DNA of 63,716 bases, filler included, from Phoronis australis (lineage: Eukaryota > Animalia > Phoronida), in the NCBI GenBank assembly GCA_002633005.1. It is 3 parts of 3 records of this genome, joined end to end, with 100 filler letters (N's around TTAATTAATTAA, not from the genome) between each part and the next. Parts side by side here need not be neighbours in the genome. Positions count along the whole stretch, not along the records: positions 48,000 to 63,716 come from NMRA01001524.1; 2 more parts are not named here. One strand, 5' to 3'. Below are positions 62,045-63,716 of the stretch, piece after piece. Position numbers and translations under genes: made by a program. The stretch's first letter is position 1. Every line of letters begins with the position of its first letter. The notes under the pieces are model-generated. The model had not been told where the DNA came from and ran no database searches. It was given only the letters and a program-made list of their open reading frames with translations.

Positions 62045-63716
62045 CAATAACAACTGTTATGGTTTCGTATTATGGTTGAATCTTTTAAGTCGTAATAGAA
62101 TTTAACAACGGCTTTCACTAGGGAGAACACTGTCATGTACGTGCTATTCTATCAGGGACATGCCAACATCCGCCGGTACACAAGATTGCAACTTTAAACC
62201 TTGGGATTGACCCTAGTCATTCCTGTCATGTGACATACGGGTTTTTCACTTGACATAACAGTTTTAATGCAGCTTTCGGATGACATCACACAGCCTCCTT
62301 TCTGTTTTAAATGTCATAACTTGTAGGGATTTTTATAAGTAGACTCGCTGCATGTAGAACATACAGGGAAACTTGAGTAATTTTCTGACGACCAACCCAG
62401 CACAACAGACTACTGTATTTCCATCAGTGGAAATAAGGTTTTTGAAAAGTAGCAGCCCTTGTTCCGGAACCTCATATAGGTGGAATAGGTTCACTTCATG
62501 AAGTGTGGCTCCTGTTAGTGGCTGGTATGTCAATACTGCCAGTTGGATCAGTTCTGCGTCATCTCTGTCACATGACTAACTTGCTGATGACACCTGGAAA
62601 TATCAAGTGTCGCCACGAGTTACACATTTGAATAAGTATGGAATCTATCTTACATGTGGCTTTTAAAACCCAAACAAATTCAGGCTTTTACTCGAAAAAC
62701 CACACTGACATTTTCGAAATCTGTGCATACAGTGTGTAGCTAGCCAAACCTATGATTTTGCATTTTCAAATGGTGAAAGATGATGACAAAACCTGCCAAG
62801 AAGAAAATTGTCGACGAAAACATTAATTTCAAAATTACCAAATTTATCATTTCTTTTTCAATGATTTTGACAATACGTCCAAAAGAAATATCTACACTGT
62901 ATCTGCAGAGCACCACGATGTAACATTATTTCTCGAAATATGCCCCGAGAGGCTTTCGTAGAAGGTTGTTTCAGCCACCTAAATGCAGAGTATGAAATTT
63001 TATCAGTATCATGTTTCATTGCAGTCACCCAAATAAGTGGACCTGCTCAAAAAGAGATCTCTACCGGATTTTTAGCTCTCCTTGAATAATCGCCTCTGTC
63101 ATGAATAAGTGAAACACGTGTGCTAGCAGGCACAGCTCTGTCGCAAAATGCAATTTTAGCACGATTTGTCATCAAGGTTGGCGAGGTGAACTGTTTTACG
63201 TTGATGATGAAAAAAATGTTAAGTTTCAACGCCAAAACAGATTACAAAATAGGATCCGGTTGGTATTTTACAGATGCAGTTTACAGACACTAATCTTTTC
63301 GAAGATGTTTATTTTTCTAGGGGTTTTAGATTTCTTATACTAAATTAATCAAAATGGAGAATTTTTTCTGGTCACCTGAACAAATCATGGTTAACATATC
63401 TGAGCAACATGCGTCCATGCAGCATTTTTCTCATACACCCAACCACTGTACAGCAGAAACATAACCTAAAGTACTAATTTCCTCGCCTTATGGCGTTGAA
63501 AAAATGCTCCAAATGGTCTTGTGACAGCTTGTAGGTCAGCAAGAAACTGTGATGGGAGTAGGTCCTCAACGAGACCAAGGAGTGAATCACTCGGAATCAC
63601 CAGTACAACGACACACATTGATCTGTAAAATGTTCAGGCATGATGAAGTTTGGGAGTAATGAAGAATTCAAGATATGTCACCGGGGAGCAAGCAACAGTA
63701 TCTGTTAACAACGGGG

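Overview
This is AT-rich animal (probably invertebrate) nuclear DNA, dense in transposon debris, with assembly gaps and no prokaryotic features. The host coding content I can support is small. Two intact paralogous ~1.4-kb minus-strand exons (4983-6362 and 20001-21371) each encode almost a whole DEG/ENaC channel from TM1 to the C-terminus, and each begins at an equivalent phase-0 splice acceptor. Only one exon carrying the conserved N-terminal TSxHG gating motif was found (27264-27368, phase-0 donor). One symmetric phase 1-1 WSC-domain exon lies on the plus strand (32573-32848). The most interesting reading is a single DEG/ENaC gene whose shared N-terminal exon is spliced to either of two duplicated whole-channel terminal exons; this is inference and needs transcript data. 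The rest is mostly mobile DNA: two TTAA-flanked Kolobok-like THAP families, an intron-containing Sola3-like transposon filling the channel intron, Academ, Penelope-like, HERO-like, CR1/L2 and RNase H LINE remnants, and several MITE families. Other oddities are a permuted hammerhead-like motif in the HERO-like 3' UTR, a small palindromic array whose cores flip orientation, and a tRNA-derived tandem repeat. Family assignments come from motif recognition by eye, not database searches.
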